This document shows, in pieces, positions 37,887-46,774 of a DNA stretch of 56,522 nucleotides. The notes beneath the pieces are model-generated. The model ran no database searches, had not been told where the DNA came from, and saw only the letters and a program-made list of their open reading frames with translations. How positions within the stretch are numbered: the first letter of the stretch is position 1; every line of letters begins with the position of its first letter. The stretch lies in contig JASFLY010000017.1 of NCBI GenBank assembly GCA_050117845.1, forward strand, positions 1-56,522, given 5' to 3'. The translations under genes were made by a program, and so were the position numbers. The stretch is from Candidatus Zixiibacteriota bacterium. Its GTDB lineage: Bacteria; RBG-13-66-14; B26-G2; WVWN01.

Positions 37887-38747
37887 ATGAAGAAGGTAGG
37901 TTTGGCAATTTTAATCGTCGGCGTCGGCGCCGCTTTTGCCGCGGAACCGCTCGTCGACCGGGACCCCGGCGCGGTACCGTGTAACGTCGCCGCGCCTCTT
38001 GACTATAATCCCGCATGGGGTACCGTCGTCCGCTCCTTTTCTTGCGTCGCATACCCTGGCGGCATTTGTAGCACGTACGACAATTACGTCATCACCGGCC
38101 ACTGGGGGACGTCGTTCACCGCGTGGTACGTCTATACCGAGGGCGGGACGCTGGTCCGCACCGTCAGCGGTCTGTCCGGAAACTCGGGCGGCTTCCGAGG
38201 CGGCTCGGCACGGAACCACCTGGGGACGGGTTACATCGTATCGGCTCAGTACACCGGCGGGTGCAATTACTGGACATACTCCGCCGGCGGCAACCCCGGG
38301 ACCACCGGCACGTCTCTGGGCATCCCGGCGGCCGGCCGCGGCATCAGCTGGGACGGCACCTACTACTACGCGACGACGGGCGGTTACAGCACGCCCATCG
38401 GCATCTACACCAGCTCGGGCACGCAGGTCGGTACGGTGCCCGGCACGGTTCATACCCTGGGTATCTACGACAACGCAACTACCTATCCCGGTAACGGTTA
38501 CCTCTACGTCTCCACGCAGTCGCCGAACGTCATGCGTGAAGTAGACCTCGCCACCGGCAACACGACCCGTTCGTTCACGGAGAGCGGTTTCAACGCGGGT
38601 TGCGATTTGGACTGGACTTCCCTCCCCTCCGACCCGTCGATATGGAGTACGCTCCAGGCCAGCCCGGGTTACGTATTCCTGTACGGTAACCCCATCACGG
38701 GTATTGAACCGGCGAGCCTGGGCAAGATCAAGGCAGTGTATCGGTAG
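37887..38747 (+). CDS. secreted Gly/Thr/Tyr-rich protein, unknown family (paralog 1 of 3); possible beta-propeller/lectin-like
   Basis: Signal peptide MKKVGLAILIVGVGAAFA. Repeated G..Y(V/I)..S/T..G blade-like units. C-terminal SLGKIKAVYR. Strong AGGAGG RBS. Confidence 0.6.
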   Translation: MKKVGLAILIVGVGAAFAAEPLVDRDPGAVPCNVAAPLDYNPAWGTVVRSFSCVAYPGGICSTYDNYVITGHWGTSFTAWYVYTEGGTLVRTVSGLSGNSGGFRGGSARNHLGTGYIVSAQYTGGCNYWTYSAGGNPGTTGTSLGIPAAGRGISWDGTYYYATTGGYSTPIGIYTSSGTQVGTVPGTVHTLGIYDNATTYPGNGYLYVSTQSPNVMREVDLATGNTTRSFTESGFNAGCDLDWTSLPSDPSIWSTLQASPGYVFLYGNPITGIEPASLGKIKAVYR

Positions 38748-39026
38748 TAGATACTAAGATGGTAAAGGGGGGGGGCGGTCGGCCACGGCCGTTCCCGCCT
38801 CCTCCCAGTCGGGCGCCGGGCAACGCCGGCGCCCGGCGACTGTTTCGGTTAGGCCGCCGGTTCGATCACTAAAACTTGACAGGTGGGGGAAGCTTTTAGG
38901 TGTTAAACCGGAGAGGATCGGGATGGCGGCGCCGGCCATTCCCGTACGCTGTTGCCGCGGCGTAGGGGATGGCGCCGGTTAACGAGTTAATATTTCGGTA
39001 ATGCTTATATCAATAAGGAGGGCACG

Positions 39027-39887
39027 ATGAAGAAGGTAGGTTTAGCTATTTTAATCGTCGGCGTCGGCGCCGCGTTGGCCGCCGACCCGCTCGTCGACCG
39101 GGACCCCGGAGCGGTGCCGTCTAGCGTCGCGGGGCCGCTCGACTACAACCCGGCGTGGGGTTCCATCCTCTACTCGTTCCCTTGTCTGGCGTATCCGGGC
39201 GGCGTTGCCAGCACGTACGACGGCTACGTTATCACCGGCCACTGGGGAGCTTCTTTTACGGAGTTCTGGGTCTACACCAGGTACGGTTCACTCGTTAGGA
39301 CGGTAAGTGGCCTGACCGGCAACGACGGTGGCTTCCGCGGCGGCTCGGCACGGAATCACCTGGGGACGGGTTACATCGTATCGGCTCAGTACACCGGCGG
39401 TTGCCGTTATTGGGAATACTCCGCCGGCGGTAACCCCGGCACCACCGGCACGCCGCTGGGCGTCCCGGCGGCCGGCCGCGGCATCAGCTGGGACGGCACA
39501 TACTACTACGCCACTACCGGTACCTACAGCACGCCCATCGGCATCTACACCAGCTCGGGCACGCAGGTCGGTACGGTGCCCGGCACGGTTCACACCCTGG
39601 GCATCTACGACAATGCGACTACCTATCCCGGCAACGGTTACATTTACGTCTCCACCCAGTCGCCGTACGTCATGCGGGAAGTGGATCTCGCCACCGGGAG
39701 CACGACCCGTTCGTTCGCGGAGGACGGTTTCAACGCCGGCTGTGATTTTGACTGGGACTACTTCGCGATCTAGAGTACCCAGCAGTCGAATCCGGGTTAC
39801 ATATTTCTATACGGCGACTCTAACTCTCTCTATCGTAATAGCGTTGAGCCGGAGAGCCTGGGCAGGATCAAGGCTGTGTACCGTTAG
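39027..39887 (+). pseudogene. paralog 2 of the secreted protein family, interrupted by an in-frame TAG (39771-39773) at a Trp conserved in paralogs 1 and 3
   Basis: Alignment of the three copies: DLDW..IWSTLQASPGY in copies 1 and 3, versus DFDWDYFAI*STQQSNPGY in copy 2. Reading continues in frame to TAG at 39885-39887 and ends with the family C-terminus ...SLGRIKAVYR. The 5' UTR and signal peptide are near-identical to paralog 1. Confidence 0.5.
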
Positions 39888-39969
39888 AAGGTACCAAGTT
39901 AAAAAGAAGGCGGTATAGGCGGCGTTCGCTTCGCTGCTTACGTTTTCACGCGGTTTGTGTTATCGTTGT

Positions 39970-40368
39970 GCGGGAAGGTGTCCGGGCGGCCGCGGCCGCG
40001 CCTTGCGCGCGAGCCGAGGAAATTCCGGGCTTCACCGGGCAGGGTGCCGGGTAACCCCCGGGCGCCGCGAGGCGACGGAAAGTGCCACAGAAAATACACC
40101 GCCGATGGCCCGCCCCCGGGCGGCGCACAGGTAAGGGTGAAAAGGCGAGGTAAGAGCTCACCGCGGCGCCGGTAACGGCGCCGGCACGGCAAACCCCACC
40201 CGAAGCAAGGCCGCATAGGCGGCGGGACCCGCCCGGGTCACGCGCCTTCGGGCGCGCCGCCGCGGGTAGGCCGCAAGAGCCGGTCGGCGACGTCCGGCCT
40301 AGATGAATGGTCGCCGTCTCTCCGCGAGGGGAGAAACAGAACCCGGATTATGGGACACCTTCCCGTAT
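39970..40368 (+). ncRNA. rnpB: RNase P RNA, bacterial type A
   Basis: Conserved blocks: GAGGAAATTCCGGGCT, GGGCAGGGTGCCGGGTAAC, ACAGAAAA, CACCGCCGATGGCCCG, CAGGTAAGGGTGAAAAGG, GGTAAGAGCTCACC, CACGGCAAACCCCACCCGAAGCAAGGCC, GGCCTAGATGAATGG and ACAGAACCCGGATTAT. P1 helix pairs GGGAAGGTGTCC (39972-39983) with GGACACCTTCCC (40353-40364). Blocks match the E. coli M1 RNA recalled from memory. Confidence 0.85.
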
Positions 40369-40396
40369 TTCCCCGGCGCTCGCGACGAAAAAAAGC

Positions 40397-40425
40397 TTGA
40401 CATGCGGCCCGTTTTTTCTTAAATT
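40397..40425 (+). promoter_or_regulatory. sigma70-like promoter TTGACA-N17-TAAATT upstream of paralog 3
   Basis: Read from the sequence, just downstream of the rnpB 3' end. Overlapping short inverted repeats ACACAT..ATGTGT / ATGTG..CACAT follow at ~40460-40490. Confidence 0.4.
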
Positions 40426-40550
40426 TCCGTTAGATAAAATTGAATTGAGCGCGGCCCGTCGTTACACATCCTCTATGTGTGGCACATAAGGGAAAACTGC
40501 AACGGCGGGACGAAAAAGCAAACCCCCTCAAACCCTTAAAGGAGGGTAAG

Positions 40551-41402
40551 ATGAAAAAGCTCGCTTTAATCATGGCGGTATTTGTAGCCAGCGCTGCTTT
40601 TGCTGCCGAACCGCTCGTGGACCGGGACCCCAACGTAATCCCGTCTAACGCTGCTACGCCTCTTGACTACAATCCGGCGTGGGGTTCCACCATCCGCTCG
40701 TTCTCCTGCGTTGCGTATCCGGGCGGCATCGCCAATACGTACGACGGCTATGTCATCACCGGGCACTGGGGAACGTCGTTCACGGCGTGGTACGTCTACA
40801 CCGAAACCGGGTCCCTCGTCCGCACCGTCAGCGGCCTGTCCGGAAATTCCGGCGGCTTCCGCGGCGGCTCCGCGCACAACCACTTGGGCACCGGTTATAT
40901 CGTATCGGCTCAGTACACCGGCGGTTGCAATTCCTGGACCTACGCCGCTGGCGGTAACCCCGGCACCACCGGTACGGCCCTGGGCATCCCGGCGGCCGGC
41001 CGCGGTATCAGCTGGGATGGCACTTACTACTACGCCACTACCGGTACCTACAGCACGCCGATCGGTATCTACACCAGCACCGGTTCGCAGGTCGGTACGG
41101 TGCCCGGCACGGTTCACACCCTGGGCATCTACGACAACGCGACCCACTACCCCGGCAACGGTTACATGTACGTCTCCACGCAGTCGCCGAACGTTATGCG
41201 CGAGGTAGACCTCACCACCGGTAATACGACCCGTTCGTTCGCGGAAACCGGCTTCAACGCCGGCTGCGATCTCGACTGGGATGCGGACGCCATTTGGAGC
41301 ACCCTCCAGGCGAGCCCGGGCTACGTATTCCTGTACGACGGCCCCGGCCACACCGGCGTTCAGCCGTCCAGCCTCGGCAACATCAAGGCTCTCTACCGCT
41401 AA
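40551..41402 (+). CDS. secreted Gly/Thr/Tyr-rich protein (paralog 3 of 3)
   Basis: ATG after GGAGGG RBS. Signal MKKLALIMAVFVASAAFA. Body co-linear with paralogs 1 and 2. C-terminal SLGNIKALYR. Confidence 0.6.
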   Translation: MKKLALIMAVFVASAAFAAEPLVDRDPNVIPSNAATPLDYNPAWGSTIRSFSCVAYPGGIANTYDGYVITGHWGTSFTAWYVYTETGSLVRTVSGLSGNSGGFRGGSAHNHLGTGYIVSAQYTGGCNSWTYAAGGNPGTTGTALGIPAAGRGISWDGTYYYATTGTYSTPIGIYTSTGSQVGTVPGTVHTLGIYDNATHYPGNGYMYVSTQSPNVMREVDLTTGNTTRSFAETGFNAGCDLDWDADAIWSTLQASPGYVFLYDGPGHTGVQPSSLGNIKALYR

Positions 41403-41430
41403 ACGGCGGTAATACCTTAGCTAAAAGAAA

Positions 41431-41453
41431 GGGCCCCTTTCGGGGCCCTTTTT
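41431..41453. terminator. bidirectional rho-independent terminator (convergent genes)
   Basis: GGGCCCC-TTTC-GGGGCCC hairpin flanked by an A-tract upstream and T5 downstream. Confidence 0.6.
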
Positions 41454-41538
41454 GTTTTACGGAAAGGCGGGGGGATGGAACGGGGCCGGGATAAATCTTT
41501 ACTTAATATCGGCGACAAGGCCAATTACCTTTCGGCGG

Positions 41539-43344
41539 TTATTCCTCCTCCCCGCGGTTGAGCCGCGCCGCCGCGGCCTCGTACGACGCCGCGTTCGTTA
41601 CGACCTCGTGGCGGGAGCGCAGCGACGCCAGCCACTCCAGGCTGAGCTTCCAGACCTCTTCGCCGGCGTAGTATTCCGCCCATGCTTTCTTCTGACACTT
41701 GCGGAACGTGCTGTCGTCGTCCAGCGTTTTCTGGACCCGCGGTTGGTAGTAGATGGGTTCGTAGAAAGCTCCCCGGCCGTCGTTTAGTTCGAAGACCTCG
41801 CCGAGTCGGCGGAGGCCGTTCGGGCCTTCGGGGTCGAACGGGAAGAGACGAGGCCGGAGCGCGGCTGCGAACGGGCCGTCGGGCCCTTCGGCGCCCGGCG
41901 CTTTCGTAACGGCGACTACGCCCCGCCACTCCTGTTCCTCGGGCGGGAGCACGGGAGGGGCCTCGTACATGTCCATCAGTTCGCGGCCCATGGCTTGATT
42001 GAGAGCCTCGTTGATTTCCACGATGTTACCGCCGGCCGCGATTTCCTCGTGGAAGGCGGTCAACTCCTCGCGGTCGGGCAGGGCCACCAGGTATACCTCC
42101 ACTTTTTCGGGTACTACGAACTCGTCCTTGTGCGCCTCGTAATACGCGGCGCAATCTTCGGCTGTTACCGGGGGAAGCTTCGCCGTGAATTCCCGGGTAA
42201 TGAATTTCTCGGTAATAAGCCGGCCGCGGTGATTGGCGAACTCCCTCTCCATTTCCGGTTCCCGGTCAAGGCCCCGTCGAAGGGCCTCGTGTTCGATGAG
42301 CGCCTCGTTCTCCAGTTCGTGCAGTAGGCGGTCGGCGACGTAGAAGAAATCATCGGCGTCGTCGGCGCGAAGGGTTTCCAGGCCTTCGTCCGGGGCGAGG
42401 AAATAATTGCCTATCAGGTCATAGAAGTCCGCGCCCGTAACGACGATGCCGCCGACGTCGGACGCGGTAATATCCGGTAAAGCCCACGTGGCGTGGAACT
42501 CCGTTAACGGCATTTCCCGGAGCGCGTTCCAAAACTCCTCGTTCCTTCGTATCGTTACTGAACCGCGCAACTCGGAAGCGAGTTCCGCCCCCAAGACGTG
42601 GCCCCGGAGCTGTTCCACCACGTACCGAAGTCGAGTGTGCGCTTCCTCGTAGGTATCGGTGCGGCCGTGGACGACTTTATCGACTCGATAGATGTTCCAT
42701 CGGATGTGGTCGTTCGCCGGCGTCGGCGGCGTGTACTCGCCGACGGGCGTAGCGAAAACGGCCTCGCTTGCCGTCAACCCGTCGTATATCATAGGGACCG
42801 TAACGGCGCCCGGTTCGTCCCCTGTTTCTTCACGTATGGTATACGTACGTACTACCTCCGCCCAGGGTTTTCCTGCGCGGAGTTCGTCGTACGCCGCTTC
42901 AGCGTCGGCCCGGTTCTTGGTTTCGATTACGGCGTATTTCCGCCATTTCGAATCCTTCTCGTAGTATGCCCGGAGGTCGTCTTCGGTTACCGGGTGCTGT
43001 TCCACCAGGGCCTCGCGCATCCTTTCCCGCAGACGGGCGTGACGATAATCGGCGACCTCTTTTGCGAGCGCCGGGTCGTCGGCGTAACCCAGCGCCTCCG
43101 CCTCCCGCAACACGATATCGGCGTTAACGATAGTCTCTACTATCATTTCGACGTCGGCCGCCTTAATTTCAACTCCCGCCGGGAGTTGGGCCGTGCCGAG
43201 GTAATAGGACAGGTCTTCAAGTGTCACGACCGGTTCGCCGTCCACCGTCGCGAGGACGTCGGTCCCCGCGGCCGGCGCGTAATAGAGTAAGGCCGAGGAC
43301 AGGAGGGCGAACGCGGCTGTTCGTAAGCTGCCGGTATTTGCCAT
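41539..43344 (-). CDS. periplasmic chaperone-like protein with SurA N-terminal-type domain (PpiD/SurA-like)
   Basis: Signal peptide. VLATVDGEPVVTLEDLSYYL is typical of the SurA_N domain. Long alpha-helical acidic protein with no clear intact PPIase motif. Confidence 0.5.
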   Translation of the reverse strand: MANTGSLRTAAFALLSSALLYYAPAAGTDVLATVDGEPVVTLEDLSYYLGTAQLPAGVEIKAADVEMIVETIVNADIVLREAEALGYADDPALAKEVADYRHARLRERMREALVEQHPVTEDDLRAYYEKDSKWRKYAVIETKNRADAEAAYDELRAGKPWAEVVRTYTIREETGDEPGAVTVPMIYDGLTASEAVFATPVGEYTPPTPANDHIRWNIYRVDKVVHGRTDTYEEAHTRLRYVVEQLRGHVLGAELASELRGSVTIRRNEEFWNALREMPLTEFHATWALPDITASDVGGIVVTGADFYDLIGNYFLAPDEGLETLRADDADDFFYVADRLLHELENEALIEHEALRRGLDREPEMEREFANHRGRLITEKFITREFTAKLPPVTAEDCAAYYEAHKDEFVVPEKVEVYLVALPDREELTAFHEEIAAGGNIVEINEALNQAMGRELMDMYEAPPVLPPEEQEWRGVVAVTKAPGAEGPDGPFAAALRPRLFPFDPEGPNGLRRLGEVFELNDGRGAFYEPIYYQPRVQKTLDDDSTFRKCQKKAWAEYYAGEEVWKLSLEWLASLRSRHEVVTNAASYEAAAARLNRGEEE

Positions 43345-43491
43345 ATTCGATTCCCGCTTTCTGGTCGGAGTGAATTGAGATTTGCGCCTATAATAATAAA
43401 AACGGCGTCCTCGTGCAACGGGTAGTTCCGAAGAAAACAGCGCTACCGCAGGTGTTGATTTCGTTTCCGGCTTAAGCTAAACTTACGTCAT

Positions 43492-45426
43492 ATGGAAGAG
43501 GGCCAAAGAGAATATAGGGCGTACACCGTCGGAACCGCGGGCCACGTGGATCACGGCAAGTCGGCGCTCGTGCGGGCGCTGACGGGCGAGGACCCCGACC
43601 GTCTCCCGGAAGAGAAGGAGCGGGGGATGACTATTGACCTCGGCTTCGTGCACGCGGATTTCGGCGATGGCGTAATCGCGACTTTCATCGACGTTCCGGG
43701 CCACGAACGCTTCATTCGGACCGCGGTCGCCGGCGTCGCCGCCATCGACCTCGCTCTGTTCGTGGTCGCCGCCGACGAGGGCGTGATGCCGCAGACGCGC
43801 GAGCACCTCGCCGTTCTGCGGCACCTCGGCATCTCCCGCGGCATCGTCGCGTTGACGAAGGTGGACATGGTGGAGGAAGAATGGCTCGAACTCGTCCGCG
43901 ACGACGTGGCGAAGTTTTTCGCGGGGTCGTTTCTGGCCGAGGCGCCGATGCTCGCCGTGTCCTCGACCACCGGGGCCGGGGTGGAGGAGCTGCGGGAGGC
44001 GCTCAAGGCCGCTCTCGCCGGCGTCCCGCCGCGGCCCGCCGGTACGGCCTTCCGCATGGCTATTGACCGTGTCTTTTCCTTGAAGGGCCACGGCACTATC
44101 GTGGCGGGGACGGTGGCCTCGGGCGCCGTGAAGCCGCGGGACGAACTCGAGATTCAGCCCCGCGGTCTGGCCGTCCGCGTGCGCGCGGTGCAGAGTCGCC
44201 ACGAGAGCGTCGACGTGGCCACGGTCGGGATGCGGACCGCGCTCAACGTCGCCGGCGCGGACCAGGACGAAATCCAGCGCGGTTACGAAATAGCGGAACC
44301 CGGCCTGCTATCGGCGACGCGGCGCATCGACGTGGAGTTGAATATGGACGCGGGCCAGATCCGCCACCGCGCGCGCGTCCGCCTGAACAAGGGAACGGCC
44401 GAGGCTATGGGGCGCGTACTGCTGCTGGCGGCGGACGTGGCCGAGGCCGGCGAAAGTCACTTCGCCCAGGTTGTCCTCGAAGAACCGATAGTGGCGATTC
44501 GCTTCGAGCCGTTCGTCGTGCGGGACCCGTCGACGCTGCGCCTCCTCGGCGGCGGTAAAATACTGGACCCGTTCCCGACGCCCCATCGGCGCCAGCCTTG
44601 GGTAGTGGAGGAACTCGCGAAACTGAAGGCGGCGGAAGGCGACCCGGCCGCGGTCCTGCGGGCGGTGTTTACCCGGGCCCGGGGGCCGAAGCGGGCGCAC
44701 CGGCCGGCGGAGTTGGCCCACGCGCTCGCTCCGGCCACGGTCGCCGACGTGGAGCGTTTGCTGGACGAACTCGTGGCGGAGGGCGTGGCGGCGCGGCTGG
44801 GGTCGGAGTATATCCCGGGGAAGGACGCGGACGCGGTCAGGGAAGCGGCGCTCAAGGCGGTGGGGGACGCGTTGGCTCGCGACCCCGTGCGGGAAGCCGT
44901 GGGTCGCGACGAGATCCGGGCCAAACTGCCGTACCGCCTCTCGCCCGAGAGCTGTACGACCCTTTTGGAGGCCATGGTCGACGAAGGCTCTTTGGAGACT
45001 CGCGGCGGCGGGTACCGTCCGCCGGGCGAGGGGCCGGCCTTGTCTCCCGCGCACGAGGAGGCGCTCGCGGCACTGAACGAGTTTATGGAGGCGGGCGCGC
45101 CTTTGCGGGGGCGGGAAGAGGTGGACCAGCTGTTGAGCGGCTATCCCGAAGGGGAGACGATGCTCAAGTACGCCCTCAGCCGGGGCATACTCGTAATGTT
45201 GCCGGAGAAGGTAGTTGCCCGGGCCGAGTTCGTGGCGTCGATGCAAGACGAACTCGTCGCTTATTTAAAGAAACACGAAACGGTCCGGGCGGCCGATTAT
45301 AAAGATATGTATAACGTGTCCCGGAAGCAGGCGACCGCGCTCCTGGATTATTATTACGAACAGGGAGTAACGGTACGCGAGGGCGGAACGCATCGCCTGT
45401 CCCCCCGGCATTTAAAGGACCGATAA
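43492..45426 (+). CDS. selB: selenocysteine-specific translation elongation factor
   Basis: GTPase motifs GTAGHVDHGKS, DVPGHERF and TKVD. Domain II/III, then a long C-terminal extension with winged-helix-like repeats characteristic of SelB (644 aa). Confidence 0.85.
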   Translation: MEEGQREYRAYTVGTAGHVDHGKSALVRALTGEDPDRLPEEKERGMTIDLGFVHADFGDGVIATFIDVPGHERFIRTAVAGVAAIDLALFVVAADEGVMPQTREHLAVLRHLGISRGIVALTKVDMVEEEWLELVRDDVAKFFAGSFLAEAPMLAVSSTTGAGVEELREALKAALAGVPPRPAGTAFRMAIDRVFSLKGHGTIVAGTVASGAVKPRDELEIQPRGLAVRVRAVQSRHESVDVATVGMRTALNVAGADQDEIQRGYEIAEPGLLSATRRIDVELNMDAGQIRHRARVRLNKGTAEAMGRVLLLAADVAEAGESHFAQVVLEEPIVAIRFEPFVVRDPSTLRLLGGGKILDPFPTPHRRQPWVVEELAKLKAAEGDPAAVLRAVFTRARGPKRAHRPAELAHALAPATVADVERLLDELVAEGVAARLGSEYIPGKDADAVREAALKAVGDALARDPVREAVGRDEIRAKLPYRLSPESCTTLLEAMVDEGSLETRGGGYRPPGEGPALSPAHEEALAALNEFMEAGAPLRGREEVDQLLSGYPEGETMLKYALSRGILVMLPEKVVARAEFVASMQDELVAYLKKHETVRAADYKDMYNVSRKQATALLDYYYEQGVTVREGGTHRLSPRHLKDR

Positions 45427-45447
45427 CGCAAGGAGGTTGCGTTCGAA

Positions 45448-46677
45448 ATGGTGAGCGCACAGGAGCTAATCTCGTACGAAGACACGTGGGGCGCGAACAA
45501 CTACAAGCCGCTGGACGTCGTGCTGACGCGCGGCGAGGGCGTATGGGTATACGACGTCGACGGCAATAAATACCTCGACTTCCTCGCGGCCTATTCCGCT
45601 CTCAATCAGGGTTACTGCCATCCCCGCCTCGTAAAGGTCATGCAGGAACAGGCGGCCCGCCTGACGCTGACCTCGCGGGCGTTCCGCAACGACCAGTTGC
45701 CGCTCTTCGAGAAGGAGCTGTGTAGCCTGCTGGGTTTCGAGAAGATGCTGCCCATGAACTCGGGCGCCGAGGCGGTCGAAACGGTAATCAAGCTGGCCCG
45801 GAAGTGGGGCTACCGGGTCAAGGGCGTCCCCGACGGCCGGGCCCACATCATCGCCTGCGACGGTAATTTCCACGGCCGTACGACGACTATCGTCGGTTTC
45901 TCGTCCGAGGAACAGTACAAGGACGGCTTCGGGCCGTTCACGCCGGGCTTCTCGCGTATACCCTACGGCGACGTGGCGGCGCTCGAGGCGGCCATCACGG
46001 ACGATACGGTCGCCTTTTTGGTGGAACCACTCCAGGGCGAGGCCGGGATCGTCGTCGCGCCGGACGGATACCTCCGGGCCGTGCGCGAACTCTGCACCGA
46101 GAAAAACGTTCTCTTAATCGCGGACGAAATCCAGAGCGGCCTGGGGCGTACCGGGAGGATGCTCTGCTGCGACCACGAGGGCGTAAAACCCGACGTCCTG
46201 ACGTTGGGTAAGGCGCTGTCCGGCGGCATGTACCCGGTATCGGCGGCGTTGAGTTCCAGGGCGATAATGGACATGTTCGAGCCCGGCGACCACGGCTCCA
46301 CTTTCGGCGGCAACCCCTTGGGTTCGGCCGTCGCCCGGGAGGCCGTAAAGATTATCGTGGACGAGGACCTCTGCGGCCGAGCCGCGGAACTCGGCGAATA
46401 CCTGATGGGCCGGCTCCGGGAAATCGAGAGCCCGTACGTCGAAACGGTGCGCGGCAAGGGATTATGGGCCGGCATCGTTCTCAAACAGGACGCCGGCGGC
46501 GCCCGGCGCTTCTGCGAGGCGCTCATGAGGCTGGGCGTCCTGGCCAAGGAGACGCACGAGACGGTCATCCGGCTGGCCCCGCCGCTGGTGATAAAGAAAA
46601 CCGAGGTGGACTGGGCGCTCGAACATATCACGCGGGTTCTCAGCGCCGACGTTCCTGAAGAGATAGGAGCGCTTTAG
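45448..46677 (+). CDS. rocD: ornithine aminotransferase (class III PLP aminotransferase)
   Basis: WGANNYKPLDVVLTRGEGVWVYDVDGNKYLDFLAAYSALNQGYCHP ... ADEIQSGLGRTG ... TLGKALSGG are OAT family motifs. Confidence 0.8.
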   Translation: MVSAQELISYEDTWGANNYKPLDVVLTRGEGVWVYDVDGNKYLDFLAAYSALNQGYCHPRLVKVMQEQAARLTLTSRAFRNDQLPLFEKELCSLLGFEKMLPMNSGAEAVETVIKLARKWGYRVKGVPDGRAHIIACDGNFHGRTTTIVGFSSEEQYKDGFGPFTPGFSRIPYGDVAALEAAITDDTVAFLVEPLQGEAGIVVAPDGYLRAVRELCTEKNVLLIADEIQSGLGRTGRMLCCDHEGVKPDVLTLGKALSGGMYPVSAALSSRAIMDMFEPGDHGSTFGGNPLGSAVAREAVKIIVDEDLCGRAAELGEYLMGRLREIESPYVETVRGKGLWAGIVLKQDAGGARRFCEALMRLGVLAKETHETVIRLAPPLVIKKTEVDWALEHITRVLSADVPEEIGAL

Positions 46678-46727
46678 GATAATCCTCCTCCGGCCCGTCG
46701 GGAGTGGGTCGGTCGGGAATTGCTTTA

Positions 46728-46758
46728 ACTGCTACGAACGGCCGGGGCATAAGCGCCC
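46728..46758 (+). terminator. rho-independent terminator after rocD
   Basis: CGGCCGGGGC-ATAAGC-GCCCCGGCCG hairpin followed by GTTTTCGG. Confidence 0.45.
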
Positions 46759-46774
46759 CGGCCGGTTTTCGGCG

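Noticed and set aside
38861-38900. TTGACA hexamer upstream of paralog 2 as a promoter
   Set aside because: No acceptable -10 hexamer at 16-19 nt spacing (GGTGTT/TAGGTG). The conserved leader nearer the gene is a better regulatory candidate.
39938-40216. ORFs 39957..40175 (+), 39946..40161 (-) and 39938..40216 (-)
   Set aside because: Entirely inside the RNase P RNA gene. The sequence is explained by the conserved rnpB secondary-structure blocks.
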